A DNA stretch of 64,000 nt from Candidatus Magasanikbacteria bacterium GW2011_GWC2_37_14 (GTDB taxonomy: Bacteria; Patescibacteriota; Patescibacteriia; Magasanikbacterales; UBA922), in assembly GCA_000990355.1 (NCBI GenBank), contig LBSX01000003.1, positions 21,489 to 85,488 of the forward strand. Direction: 5' to 3'. Positions within the stretch are counted from its first letter, which is position 1, and every line of letters begins with the position of its first letter. Below are positions 1-9,554 of the stretch, piece by piece. The notes beneath the pieces were generated by a model that was not told the origin of the DNA, did no database searches, and worked only from the letters and a program-made list of their open reading frames with translations. The translations under genes and the position numbers were made by a program.

Positions 1-1
1 T

Positions 2-940
2 TATTTTTATAAAAGTAAAAAAGGTTCTTCTTCTACTATTAGCACCAAAAATCTAGAAATGTTTGCCGTGGATTTAACAGCTCAAGCAAAACTTGGCAAA
101 ATTGATCCAGTTGTGGGGCGTCAAGAAGAAATTGATCGAGCCACACAAATTCTCACTCGCCGAACCAAAAATAATGTAATTTTGGTTGGTGCCCCTGGGG
201 TAGGCAAGACCGCGGTTGTGGAAGGTTTGGCTGGACGCATTGCCACTGGTGATGTTCCCGAAGTTTTATTAAACAAACGCGTTTTACTTTTACAAGTTGC
301 GGAATTATTGGCTGGCACCAAATATCGTGGAGAATTTGAACAGCGGATAAAAGGTATTGTGCAAGAAATTAAAAATTCCAATCGCACAATTATTTTGTTT
401 ATCGACGAAATCCACACTATTACCGAAACCAAAGGTACCGAAGGTGCAGTTAATTTATCCGACATTCTCAAACCAGCTTTGGCTCGGGGTGATTTACAAT
501 TAATTGGCGCGACCACGCAAAAAGAATACGAACAATATATTCAGCCCGATGAAAGTTGGGATCGTCGTTTTCAAGTAGTGTTGGTAGATGAGCCAAGTGC
601 AGAAGAATCAGTAAATATTTTACAAGGTATAAAGAAAAATTATGAAGATTATCATAAAGTAAAAATTAGTGATGAAGCAATTTCGGCAGCTGTCCGCTTA
701 TCACAAGAATATATCAAAAATCGTCGTTTGCCCGACAAAGCCATTGACATTATGGATGAGGCTTCGGCCATGGTAAATGTAGAAAAAGGTTCACGCCATC
801 ATTCGGCAGCTGCTTTGTTACATTTGGCTTCCAAAAAAGCTTGTGAAAATTGTCAAGAAGAATATCCTGTGGTTGATGTTGATCATGTAAAAGATGTCGT
901 TGCTGATTGGGTAGGTATGAAAAAAGAAGAAATACATTAA
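2..940 (+). CDS. Clp/Hsp100-type AAA+ ATPase with only the first (D1) nucleotide-binding domain; 5' end lies outside the window
   Basis: GKIDPVVGR, RRTKNN, Walker A GAPGVGKT, GTKYRGEFEQR, Walker B LFIDEIH, IGATT, RRLPDKAID. Stops after VVADWVG with no D2 domain. The frame is open from position 2. Confidence 0.85.
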   Translation, partial: YFYKSKKGSSSTISTKNLEMFAVDLTAQAKLGKIDPVVGRQEEIDRATQILTRRTKNNVILVGAPGVGKTAVVEGLAGRIATGDVPEVLLNKRVLLLQVAELLAGTKYRGEFEQRIKGIVQEIKNSNRTIILFIDEIHTITETKGTEGAVNLSDILKPALARGDLQLIGATTQKEYEQYIQPDESWDRRFQVVLVDEPSAEESVNILQGIKKNYEDYHKVKISDEAISAAVRLSQEYIKNRRLPDKAIDIMDEASAMVNVEKGSRHHSAAALLHLASKKACENCQEEYPVVDVDHVKDVVADWVGMKKEEIH

Positions 941-948
941 TAATTTTT

Positions 949-2073
949 ATGTTTAAAAAAATTATGGATACTTTATCTTCTACCAGTACAAAAGTAATTA
1001 GTGGTACTAAGTTATTAGTTGCGGTGTTTGTCATGTTTGGTGCTGGAGCAATTGCTTTGGCTAGTGTACCAGTAAATCAGAACAGCTGGGGTTGTTATCT
1101 TTCTGTTAATGGCACAAAAATCAAAATTGCCAACACCTTCAATGAATGTCATGATTATTATTTGGCACGAGAGTACGCAGGCAGAAGAGATTTTTATAAA
1201 TTATTAAAAAATGATGGTAGAGTAATTAGTGAAGATAAAATAACTAATGCCGATAATGTTGTAGATGTTTTTTATAAAAACGAAGATGACAATAAAATAG
1301 TAACTGGGATTAAATTGGGCAATAATAATATTATTTCTTCAAATAAATGTCAAAAAAATACTTTTTTTGGTATAGAATTATATTGTTTTAATGAATTGGC
1401 AGCTAGTGCCGCAGAACACACAAGTGGTAATTTTATTAAACCAGATAATTATGCGGCAGTTATTAAGTATCTTACTTTCATGAAGTACACCAGTAGGCCA
1501 TTAAAAAATTATCTTACTAATCAGACTATCGCTCCTTTTACTGAATTAGTAAATTACAAAACCAAGATTGCCGATGCTTCAAAAATTTCTTATTTGGAAG
1601 GTATCTACAATGGTTTTGGAGATCATTGTTCGGACGGCAAAGCTGGCGCTTACACTGGACGTAAAACTCTCGATGATCCAATGGTCAATAAAGTATTTTT
1701 TATTTGTCCAAAAAATTTAAATATAGAGCAAGTTAGCACTGATGAAAAATTAAAATTGCAAATTCATATGGCAGGGGTGATGTATCACGAAGCTTTACAT
1801 TTTAGCGCAACAGGCCAGGGGCATAAATATATTATGGAAAATGACAAATGTGTAGTAGACCCTACTAATCAAGGTAATGCTGATTTAGATGCTAATCGTG
1901 TTTATGGCGGACAAATTAGATATTTATTAGATATTTCTAAAAATGATTTAGTTGATTGTTCTAGTGTTCGTAAATATGCCTATGAAAAGGCTGAATTAGA
2001 GATTGCTAAAAGTATTTGTAGTCCATTAAAAAAATTATTGTTAGATACAACCAAAGCTCCAGTTTGTAATTAA
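949..2073 (+). CDS. Exported Cys-containing protein with HExxH motif (putative zinc metalloprotease)
   Basis: Hydrophobic N-terminus LLVAVFVMFGAGAIALA and MYHEALHF motif. ATG at 949 preferred over the overlapping 907 start. Confidence 0.6.
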   Translation: MFKKIMDTLSSTSTKVISGTKLLVAVFVMFGAGAIALASVPVNQNSWGCYLSVNGTKIKIANTFNECHDYYLAREYAGRRDFYKLLKNDGRVISEDKITNADNVVDVFYKNEDDNKIVTGIKLGNNNIISSNKCQKNTFFGIELYCFNELAASAAEHTSGNFIKPDNYAAVIKYLTFMKYTSRPLKNYLTNQTIAPFTELVNYKTKIADASKISYLEGIYNGFGDHCSDGKAGAYTGRKTLDDPMVNKVFFICPKNLNIEQVSTDEKLKLQIHMAGVMYHEALHFSATGQGHKYIMENDKCVVDPTNQGNADLDANRVYGGQIRYLLDISKNDLVDCSSVRKYAYEKAELEIAKSICSPLKKLLLDTTKAPVCN

Positions 2074-2097
2074 TATATATTAAATTATAAATTATTT

Positions 2098-4236
2098 ATG
2101 CCTAAAATTAATTTTAAAAAACCTATGGAAACAACAACCAAAACCGCCACCAAAGTGGTGTCTAATACAGCGTTAATTGTGGCCACTTTTGTTGCCTTTG
2201 GTGCGGGCATGATTGCTTTCGCCGCCGCTCCCGTAACCAAGGCCGTTACTAGTGGTTCTAGCAATAACAAAGTTTATAGTTGTCGATCGGCTAAAAATGG
2301 TGTAACCATTAGAACTTCTGCAAAAGTTAGATCAACAGCTTTAATTAATGGTTGTAAAACTACTAATAAAGTAAAGAAAAGTTATACTTATACTTGTGTT
2401 TCCAATAAATTATACAAAAAAGCTTGGGGTCCTTGTGTGCCAAAAGTTACCACAATTTTACCGGACTTAATTGTTAAAGATTTTAGTTTTACAGCTGCAG
2501 ATGCTGGATATGGCCCAAATGCCAGGTTGGTAAATATTACAATTAAAAATATTGGTACAGCCAAAGCTACTAGTACTTCGGCAATAGGTTTTACAGTGCA
2601 ATCCTATGGTATTAAGGCCGATGGCACAGTTGTAGAGGGAGAAATGTATGATACATTAAATACACCTACTCTCACAGAAATAAATTCTGATCAAGAAGTT
2701 TCTTTTTCTTTTCCTTCGGACATACCCTCAAGTGGCTTGGCTGATGCAGTAAAAGTAAAAATGGTGGCAGATATGAGTTTTGGCCAAAGTTATCTTAAAG
2801 AAAGTAATGAAGATAATAATGAATTGACAAAAGATTTTAGTTTTACGGCTACCGAAGAAGGTTTGTCAGATTTGGTTATTGAAGATGTAAAATTTACAGC
2901 TGATTATGGGGAATTAACACTAAATGTAGTTAACAAAGGTACTGCGGCGAGTCCAGAAATAACAGTAGACGCCAATGCTAGTCCTGCCGATGAATCGGGC
3001 TTAAGAGTTATTTGGCAAGATGCAGATGGTAAACAATTATCCGCTTTTGGTAGTTATCTTGTTGCTTTAAAACCAGGAGAAAAGAAAGCCTTTACTATTT
3101 CTGCTGCAGGTGGAAATACTGTCAAATTAAATCATATAGTTATCTTTGTTGATAAAACCAATAAAGTTAAAGAGATTATTGAAGAGGATAATAATGCTTT
3201 TGTGGAAGAACTAAAAGTTCCTTTGGTAGTTGCCAACTGTGTTGATTCTGATGCTAAAACTTTTTCTGATCTCAATCAATTATTTATTAAATCAACTACA
3301 AAAGTTAAAGGTGTAGATCAAAAGGCTGACGTTTGTGTTGGTAACTATGTTTTTGAAGGCGCCTGCAACAAAGATGTTTTTGTTGTCTGGCACAAAAATT
3401 GTGCTGAGCTTAATGGTAGCAAATCAACTAATGATTATAAATGTGTGGAAGGAATTTGTGTAAATAAATATGTAGATCCTACTGTAGTACTGTCTGATTT
3501 AGATCTAGTTTTTCGTAATATTGGCACCAATGGTGGCATAGAAATACCAGTGGCTGCCAGCCCCAAAGTTGTTCGAGCTGTGTATGGTTTTGATGGCAGT
3601 ACTACCAATGCCAAACTTAATGTTCCAAAAGATACTAATATTTTTCCAGCTTATTTTATTAATGCAGGAAATGTATATGTACAGAACGGTGTAAAAATTT
3701 CTTTTCTTGATGAAGGTAAAAATGAGCTAGGTTCATATTTGGTTGATTTGGACGCCACTGCTGCTGCTAAAGCTTCTAGTATTAATTTGCCAAACAATCC
3801 TGATATTAAATTTGTTAGAGTTTACTTGGATGTAGACAATAAAATTGCCGAAACCAATGAAAACAATAATGTTTCCGAGCGTGCGGTTGATCCTAGTTTG
3901 TTTAGTTTGCCAGATATTACTTTTTCGGGTGCTATTGCTATTCCTACTTCGGCCAATCCAAAAATAGTGCAAGCATTTTATACTAATTCTGGCACAGCTG
4001 ATTCTGTTTGGACACGGAACGGTGTAAAATTTTCTTTTTTGGATGTTAACAAAAATGAAATTGCTAGTTTATTGGCAAATATGGACGTAGTAAGTGCTAA
4101 TAATTTACAAACCAAAGTGGCAGCAGTAAATTTACCTGTTATTCCGGAAATTAAATATATAAGAGTGTATTTAGATGCTTTTGCCGATAATTACGAATCC
4201 AATGAAGCTAATAATGTTTTGGAAAGAGCAATATAA
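2098..4236 (+). CDS. Surface protein with repeated CARDB-like Ig domains
   Basis: Repeats of the LPDL...NIGTA...ESNEDNN type; N-terminal hydrophobic anchor. Confidence 0.75.
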   Translation: MPKINFKKPMETTTKTATKVVSNTALIVATFVAFGAGMIAFAAAPVTKAVTSGSSNNKVYSCRSAKNGVTIRTSAKVRSTALINGCKTTNKVKKSYTYTCVSNKLYKKAWGPCVPKVTTILPDLIVKDFSFTAADAGYGPNARLVNITIKNIGTAKATSTSAIGFTVQSYGIKADGTVVEGEMYDTLNTPTLTEINSDQEVSFSFPSDIPSSGLADAVKVKMVADMSFGQSYLKESNEDNNELTKDFSFTATEEGLSDLVIEDVKFTADYGELTLNVVNKGTAASPEITVDANASPADESGLRVIWQDADGKQLSAFGSYLVALKPGEKKAFTISAAGGNTVKLNHIVIFVDKTNKVKEIIEEDNNAFVEELKVPLVVANCVDSDAKTFSDLNQLFIKSTTKVKGVDQKADVCVGNYVFEGACNKDVFVVWHKNCAELNGSKSTNDYKCVEGICVNKYVDPTVVLSDLDLVFRNIGTNGGIEIPVAASPKVVRAVYGFDGSTTNAKLNVPKDTNIFPAYFINAGNVYVQNGVKISFLDEGKNELGSYLVDLDATAAAKASSINLPNNPDIKFVRVYLDVDNKIAETNENNNVSERAVDPSLFSLPDITFSGAIAIPTSANPKIVQAFYTNSGTADSVWTRNGVKFSFLDVNKNEIASLLANMDVVSANNLQTKVAAVNLPVIPEIKYIRVYLDAFADNYESNEANNVLERAI

Positions 4237-4272
4237 TTGTTGGCTCTTGACTCTTCTGTTCATCAGAGTCAA

Positions 4273-4328
4273 CCCTGTCTTCGACTCCGAGGTCGTTCAG
4301 ACTCGAGGAGAGCACACAGCCGAAGGGG
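4273..4328 (-). repeat. GC-rich palindromic element (CCCTTCGGCT..CAGGG family)
   Basis: Reverse complement cccttcggctgtgtgctctcctcg...cgaagacaggg matches the insert in prfB (26789-26840). Confidence 0.7.
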
Positions 4329-4357
4329 TTGACAGAATCTTTAATCTGTAGTATAAT
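4329..4357 (+). promoter_or_regulatory. Sigma70 promoter of nusA
   Basis: TTGACA-17 nt-TATAAT, a perfect consensus. Confidence 0.85.
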
Positions 4358-4408
4358 TGACATAAGACAACATAATTAATATGTTGTCTTTTTTAATACT
4401 AATTTTAT

Positions 4409-5689
4409 ATGAGTGAAATAACAAAAGCAATCCAGGCGATTTGCACGGAAAAAGGCCTTTCTTATGAGGCTGTTTTGGAGTCCATTGAAGCAGCTTTGGC
4501 CGCAGCTTATCGCAAGGATTTTGGTAATCGTCAACAAAACATTAAGGTAAAATTTGACCCCGATACTGCCGAGATGAAAGCTTGGGATATTAAAGAAGTG
4601 GTAAAAGATATGGATTTGGAACAGTTGGAAAAAGACCAAGAAGAAATGGCCGTTCGTCGGGAAAAAGCTTATCAAGAAAATCGGGAATTGACTGAAGAAG
4701 AAACCGCTGATTTGTTACACTTTAACCCTAAGACTCAATTAATGTTGACTCCAGCTAAAGAAATAAATAAAAAAGCCAAAGTTGGCGAGACTTTGGAAAT
4801 AGTTTTGGAAGTGCCAGGTGAATTTGGCCGCATGGCAGCCCAAACCGCCAAGCAAGTAATTATTCAACGTTTGCGGGAAGCAGAACGCAATACTGTGTAT
4901 GATGAATTAAAGACCGAAGAAGGGCAATTAATTCAAGGTTTGGTACAACGTCGTGACAAAACTGGCGCCGTAATTATTGATTTAGGAAAAACTACTGGTA
5001 TTGTGCCAATTTCCGAACAAATTCCTCGTGAACAATATCGCACTGGTGTGCGTTTGCGTTTTTATATTGTTTCGGTAAACATGGGTAACCGTGGATTGGA
5101 AATTGTTTTATCGCGTTCGCATGCCAAAATGGTAGAGGCCGTTTTTGTCCAAGAGATTCCCGAAATTACTTCTGGCGTGGTAGTAGTTAAAGGAGTGGCT
5201 CGTGATGCTGGCAATCGTTCCAAAGTAGCAGTATTTACCGAAGATCAGAGTATTGATCCAGTTGGTTCTTGTATTGGCCAGCGTGGCAGTCGCATCAATA
5301 CAATTATCGAAGAATTGGGTGGAGAAAAAATAGATATTATTCAATATAGTGATAAACCAGAAGAATATTTAAAACAAGCCTTATCTCCAGCCAAAATAGA
5401 TAATGTAGAATTGAATGAAAAAACAATGGAAGCCACAGTGAATGTTTCTTCCGAACAATTTTCTTTGGCCATTGGCCGTGGTGGGGTAAATGTACGTTTA
5501 GCCGCCACCCTTACTGGTTGGAAAATAAATGTCGTGGATAATGGCAACGAAGAAAAAGTTGTGAGTAGTGAAGATGACGTCGAAGTGATTGAAGACCTCG
5601 TAAAGGACTCTGGAGAGTCCCACGAGGCAGGAAAAGTTGCTAGTGTGGAAGAAAAAGTAGAGGAAGTTGAAGAGAAAAAAGAGGAATAA
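4409..5689 (+). CDS. nusA: Transcription termination/antitermination factor NusA
   Basis: FGRMAAQTAKQVIIQR, S1 domain, KH motifs CIGQRGSRI and LAIGRGGVNVRLA. Confidence 0.97.
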   Translation: MSEITKAIQAICTEKGLSYEAVLESIEAALAAAYRKDFGNRQQNIKVKFDPDTAEMKAWDIKEVVKDMDLEQLEKDQEEMAVRREKAYQENRELTEEETADLLHFNPKTQLMLTPAKEINKKAKVGETLEIVLEVPGEFGRMAAQTAKQVIIQRLREAERNTVYDELKTEEGQLIQGLVQRRDKTGAVIIDLGKTTGIVPISEQIPREQYRTGVRLRFYIVSVNMGNRGLEIVLSRSHAKMVEAVFVQEIPEITSGVVVVKGVARDAGNRSKVAVFTEDQSIDPVGSCIGQRGSRINTIIEELGGEKIDIIQYSDKPEEYLKQALSPAKIDNVELNEKTMEATVNVSSEQFSLAIGRGGVNVRLAATLTGWKINVVDNGNEEKVVSSEDDVEVIEDLVKDSGESHEAGKVASVEEKVEEVEEKKEE

Positions 5690-5726
5690 TTGTTTAATGG
5701 TTACATTGTTATATTGCTATATTGTT

Positions 5727-5749
5727 AGGAACGCCAAAAAGGCGTTCCT
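5727..5749. terminator. Intrinsic terminator between convergent genes
   Basis: aggaacgcc-aaaaa-ggcgttcct followed by T-run. Confidence 0.7.
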
Positions 5750-5835
5750 TTTATTATTCTCTTTAAATTTTGAATTATCCAAATTTAAAGGGAATTGGCG
5801 ACACGGGAGGAGTCGTCAATTCCCGGGTGTCGCCG

Positions 5836-6381
5836 CTAAAGAGCAGTAGAAGTTTTTTTGTACACGAGAAAGTCATAGAATGTTCCTATATCATTCCTGC
5901 TGGAATCAAGCATTCCAATATGTGTACATTGGACACGACGTCTATGACGGAAGAAGGTGAGATCAAGTACTGGTGCCACCCGGTAAGAATCTGGATCATT
6001 GGTCTTCCACAATGTCCCCAAAAGAATTATTTGGCGTCCGGGTTTTAGACATTTTGGATGCGCCTGCACATAACGCATGCCTTGTTTCCAGCCGACGAGT
6101 CCATAGTGGTTGTCCAGAAAGTACAACAACGCTTCCGTACTTCTAACTGGTTTGGGAAACGTGTGAACAAAGACATCGTCAAGTTCAAAACTTTCATCTT
6201 CATCAACCTTGTAGGCTCGATGAGAAATCCAACCTTCATCAATAAAGAATCCACATTCCTTGGCCACTTGCCGAATCGCACTTTCTTCTTCAGCAAAAAT
6301 ATTGTTTTCCTCCTCAACCTTCTTTAACCAAACACGGAATTCGCCATGGGTCATCTCATTGAGCTCGTCCTGTGTTGTCAT
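5836..6381 (-). CDS. Hypothetical protein (GC-richer than flanks, SD-led)
   Basis: 181-aa ORF with AAAGGAG upstream of the ATG; ends at hairpins and a terminator. Confidence 0.6.
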   Translation of the reverse strand: MTTQDELNEMTHGEFRVWLKKVEEENNIFAEEESAIRQVAKECGFFIDEGWISHRAYKVDEDESFELDDVFVHTFPKPVRSTEALLYFLDNHYGLVGWKQGMRYVQAHPKCLKPGRQIILLGTLWKTNDPDSYRVAPVLDLTFFRHRRRVQCTHIGMLDSSRNDIGTFYDFLVYKKTSTAL

Positions 6382-6572
6382 CGCAGTTCTCCTTTGTAAA
6401 GGTACGTCTTTTGTCCAGCACCTACTGGACAGGGAAGTATAAGGTTTTTTGTGAATATTGTCGTTATTTAAGTCTATTTGTTATCCACAACCTTGATAAA
6501 ATGGCTAATGTATGCTATAATTTTAATATAAAAATGACGTCGGTTTTACCGACAAAATTGTTCACAATTGTT

Positions 6573-7212
6573 TAGCCCTGTAGGGGCATCAGAATAATAG
6601 CCAGGCACTTTAGTGCCTGGAAAGAGATTATTATTTATAATTTAGTCCCGTAGGGACGGCACAAATATGCCAAATACCTTTTCTAATTTATTATTTCACA
6701 TTGTTTTTAGTACCAAAGAAAGAAGAAAATTATTGTCAAAAGAATTGAGAGTTCGATTATTCAAATACATGTCTGGAATAGCCGACAAAAGTAATTTTAA
6801 AATAATAAAATTAGGCGGAATTGATGATCATATCCATTTATTATTTTCATTGAGTCCTGATATGCCTGTAGCAAAAGCAGTACAATTAATAAAAGGCAAC
6901 TCATCTAAATGGTTACGTGAAAATTTTACAGATTTGGATATATTTTCTTGGCAAGTAGGTTATGGCGCGTTTACTGTCAGTAAATCACAGATTGATATTG
7001 TTCAAAAATATATTGCTAACCAAGAAGAGCATCATAAAAAAATGAGTTTTGAAGAAGAATTCGTTGAATTATTAAAAAGGAACAAAATTGATTTTGATTA
7101 TAAATATTTATTTTAGAAATGTGTCGTCCCTATTGGGACTTTTTAAAATAATAAATACATTTTCCAGGCAATAAATTGCCTGGCTACTATCTATCGTCCC
7201 TAACGGGACTTA
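6573..7212. mobile_element. TnpA/RAYT-type element: HUH transposase gene within about 90-bp inverted palindrome arrays
   Basis: Left arm 6573-6663 (ccctgtagggg, ccaggcactttagtgcctgg, gtcccgtagggac) is mirrored by right arm 7120-7212. Confidence 0.8.
6667..7116 (+). CDS. tnpA: IS200/IS605-family (Y1 HUH) transposase, RAYT-like
   Basis: HIVFSTKER, HUH motif DHIHLL, KGNSSKW, WQVGYGAFTVS, catalytic YIANQEEHH. Confidence 0.93.
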   Translation: MPNTFSNLLFHIVFSTKERRKLLSKELRVRLFKYMSGIADKSNFKIIKLGGIDDHIHLLFSLSPDMPVAKAVQLIKGNSSKWLRENFTDLDIFSWQVGYGAFTVSKSQIDIVQKYIANQEEHHKKMSFEEEFVELLKRNKIDFDYKYLF

Positions 7213-7229
7213 AATAATGATTTTAAATT

Positions 7230-7952
7230 ATGAACCTCTCAAAAATTTTTCAAGCTTATGGTCTAACCGAAAAACAAGCCAAAGTATATTTGGCTTGTTT
7301 GGAATTGGGTTCGGCCCCCGTGCAAAAGATTGCCGAGAAAGCTGTAGCACCTCGCTCTACGGTTTACGAAGTTTTGGAACATTTAGTACACCTTGGTTTT
7401 ATTAGTACTTTTAATAAAAAGAAAATAAAATATTTTTCTGCCGAAGATCCCCAGCAAATTATTCGTTTGGCAGAAAGCAAAGTTAATACCTTAAAAGATG
7501 CTTTGCCAGAAATGAACGCGATTGTTGGAAAAAGCAGAAAGCGTCCGACTGTGCGTTTTTATCAAGGCAAAGAACAAATGAAAATGGTTTTAGAAGAAAT
7601 GCTTGCCGAGGCTGATGAACTTTTAAGTTTTGCTGCACCTGAGGATTTATTTAGAGAATTAGGCGATTGGTATTTGGATTTTGTAAAAAGAAGAATTAAA
7701 CAAAAAGTTTCTGTGCGTTTGATTGCCACAGATTCCCCGCGGGCGCGTGAACGACAGAAAATTGGTATTGGTGAATTACGCACTGTTAGAATTGTCCCAA
7801 ATATTTTTCCTTATCACAGTAATAAGTGGCTTTGGCAAAACAAAATTGCCATGTTTTCTTTTGCTGGCGACTTAGTTTGTGTGGTAACCGAGAGTAAAGA
7901 ACTGGCCGATATGGAAAGAGCAATGTTTGAGCATTTGTGGAACCGTTGTTAG
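7230..7952 (+). CDS. TrmB-family HTH transcriptional regulator
   Basis: GLTEKQAKVYLACLELG...RSTVYEVL N-terminal HTH; PLD-like C-terminal domain ending FEHLW. Confidence 0.85.
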   Translation: MNLSKIFQAYGLTEKQAKVYLACLELGSAPVQKIAEKAVAPRSTVYEVLEHLVHLGFISTFNKKKIKYFSAEDPQQIIRLAESKVNTLKDALPEMNAIVGKSRKRPTVRFYQGKEQMKMVLEEMLAEADELLSFAAPEDLFRELGDWYLDFVKRRIKQKVSVRLIATDSPRARERQKIGIGELRTVRIVPNIFPYHSNKWLWQNKIAMFSFAGDLVCVVTESKELADMERAMFEHLWNRC

Positions 7953-8086
7953 TTTGTAAGTGTATAGGTTTATTAAGTGTACAAGTAAATTTGTAACTTT
8001 AGTTGGATATTGATTTATTTAGATAATATTGTTATAATTGTTTAACTTACAGACTTACTAACTTATTTACTTACAAACTTACAATT
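7953..8086. repeat. Inverted degenerate octamer arrays (TGTAAGTT / AACTTACA) framing the yidC promoter
   Basis: gtttgtaagtgtataggtttattaagtgtacaagtaaa ... aacttacagacttactaacttatttacttacaaacttacaa, with TTGATT..TATAAT between them. Confidence 0.6.
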
Positions 8087-8851
8087 ATGTCCCAATTTTT
8101 TACCACTATACTCTATCAACCAATATTTAATGGTTTTGTGGCTTTGTACAACCTTATTCCCGATGTGGGCGTGGTAATTTTGATTGTTACAGTTATCACC
8201 AAACTTATTCTTTATCCACTTAATTCCAAATCAATTAAGTCGCAAAAGGCTTTGAATGATTTGCAACCAAAAATGGAAGAAATTAAGAAAAAGTTTGCTG
8301 GCAATCAACAAACTATCGCGGCCGAAACCATGAAGCTTTACAAAGAAAACAAAGTAAATCCCATGGCTTCGTGTTTACCTCTTTTGGTGCAATTACCAAT
8401 TTTTATTGCCCTTTACTATGTACTCCGTAATGGTTTAACCGATAATAATTTTGAGTTGCTTTATTCTTTTGTAAAAAATCCAGGAACAATCAATACTCTA
8501 AGTTTGGGATTTTTTGATCTTAAGACCAAGAGTATTGTGTTGGCAATTTTGGCCGGTGCAGCTCAGTTTTGGCAAACCAAAATGATGATGCGTCGTCAAC
8601 CACCAAAATCAGCGGGGGCTGGTGGTAAAGATGAGGGTATGATGGCCATGATGAACAAACAAATGTTGTATTTTATGCCGTTTATGACCGTGTTGATTGG
8701 TTTTCAATTACCAGCTGGTTTGTCGTTATATTGGTTTTTGTCTACAGTTTTAACTGCTCTTCAACAAGTGCTGGTGTTTAAAAAACATGATTTAGGTGGT
8801 CCTTCGGCGAATGTTCCTGGTAAAGGAATAATTGAAGGAAAAGTGGAATAA
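8087..8851 (+). CDS. yidC: Membrane protein insertase YidC/Oxa1
   Basis: LQPKMEEIKKKF, MKLYKENKVNPMASCLPLLVQLPIF, PAGLSLYW. Confidence 0.95.
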   Translation: MSQFFTTILYQPIFNGFVALYNLIPDVGVVILIVTVITKLILYPLNSKSIKSQKALNDLQPKMEEIKKKFAGNQQTIAAETMKLYKENKVNPMASCLPLLVQLPIFIALYYVLRNGLTDNNFELLYSFVKNPGTINTLSLGFFDLKTKSIVLAILAGAAQFWQTKMMMRRQPPKSAGAGGKDEGMMAMMNKQMLYFMPFMTVLIGFQLPAGLSLYWFLSTVLTALQQVLVFKKHDLGGPSANVPGKGIIEGKVE

Positions 8852-8881
8852 AAATGTGAGTTTATAAAGTTTGTAAAGTAG

Positions 8882-8906
8882 AGACGTGGCAAGCCACGTC
8901 TTTTTT
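8882..8906 (+). terminator. Intrinsic terminator after yidC
   Basis: agacgtggc-aa-gccacgtct followed by T6. Confidence 0.7.
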
Positions 8907-9152
8907 ATATTGACAGTTTATAATTTTTATGTTATTTTTATTATGAATTACATCGCCAACGGAGGCCGTTGAGGATGAGAAAACGCAGCTGGAAGGGACG
9001 GGCTAATTCGTTGTTGGTTGACTGCTGCAACCAACACGGGGTGTCAACTTTCACTTGCAAAGAATTGCCCCCGCGGTTGCGGAAAAAAAGGAGGCAATGG
9101 CTCGCGCAGTGTGCTCGAGGCGCTAAACAACAGGATACGAGGAGGGAGGAAC

Positions 9153-9335
9153 ATGGGTCGCGGTGAACAGACCAACAAGAACCGTCGCAAGAAGGCACAG
9201 CGAGCCAAGAAGGCTCGCGAGGAACGTCGGAAGACGGGTACGCTCGGGCCGAGTAAGACTGGCACCAAGGTACGCCCATGCCCTGGGTGTGGGCAGATCG
9301 GTGGTAGCCATAAGTGGAACTGTCGTTATCGTTAG
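9153..9335 (+). CDS. Small very basic protein with CxxC-H-C zinc knuckle
   Basis: Strong SD GGAGGA before ATG 9153; MGRGEQTNKNRRKKAQRAKK...CPGCGQIGGSHKWNC. Confidence 0.6.
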   Translation: MGRGEQTNKNRRKKAQRAKKAREERRKTGTLGPSKTGTKVRPCPGCGQIGGSHKWNCRYR

Positions 9336-9554
9336 GAGGGCAAAATGCGACAAGCACGACCACCACCTCCCTGTGTATCATAGGGGAAGGTGGAATGATA
9401 AATGGCCACAATGCATCACCTTCTTTCTTTTTAAGAATATTAAAAAGAAAGAAGGGAGAATTTGCATTGTGGTTTTTTGTTTTTGACAAGTGACTTTTTA
9501 TATGGTTAAATTATTTTAAGATTTTGCCCCACAACGGGGTTTGGGAGAATTGCT

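Noticed and set aside
6481-6489. TTATCCACA DnaA box (also at 32232) as oriC
   Set aside because: Isolated boxes with no cluster and no dnaA nearby.
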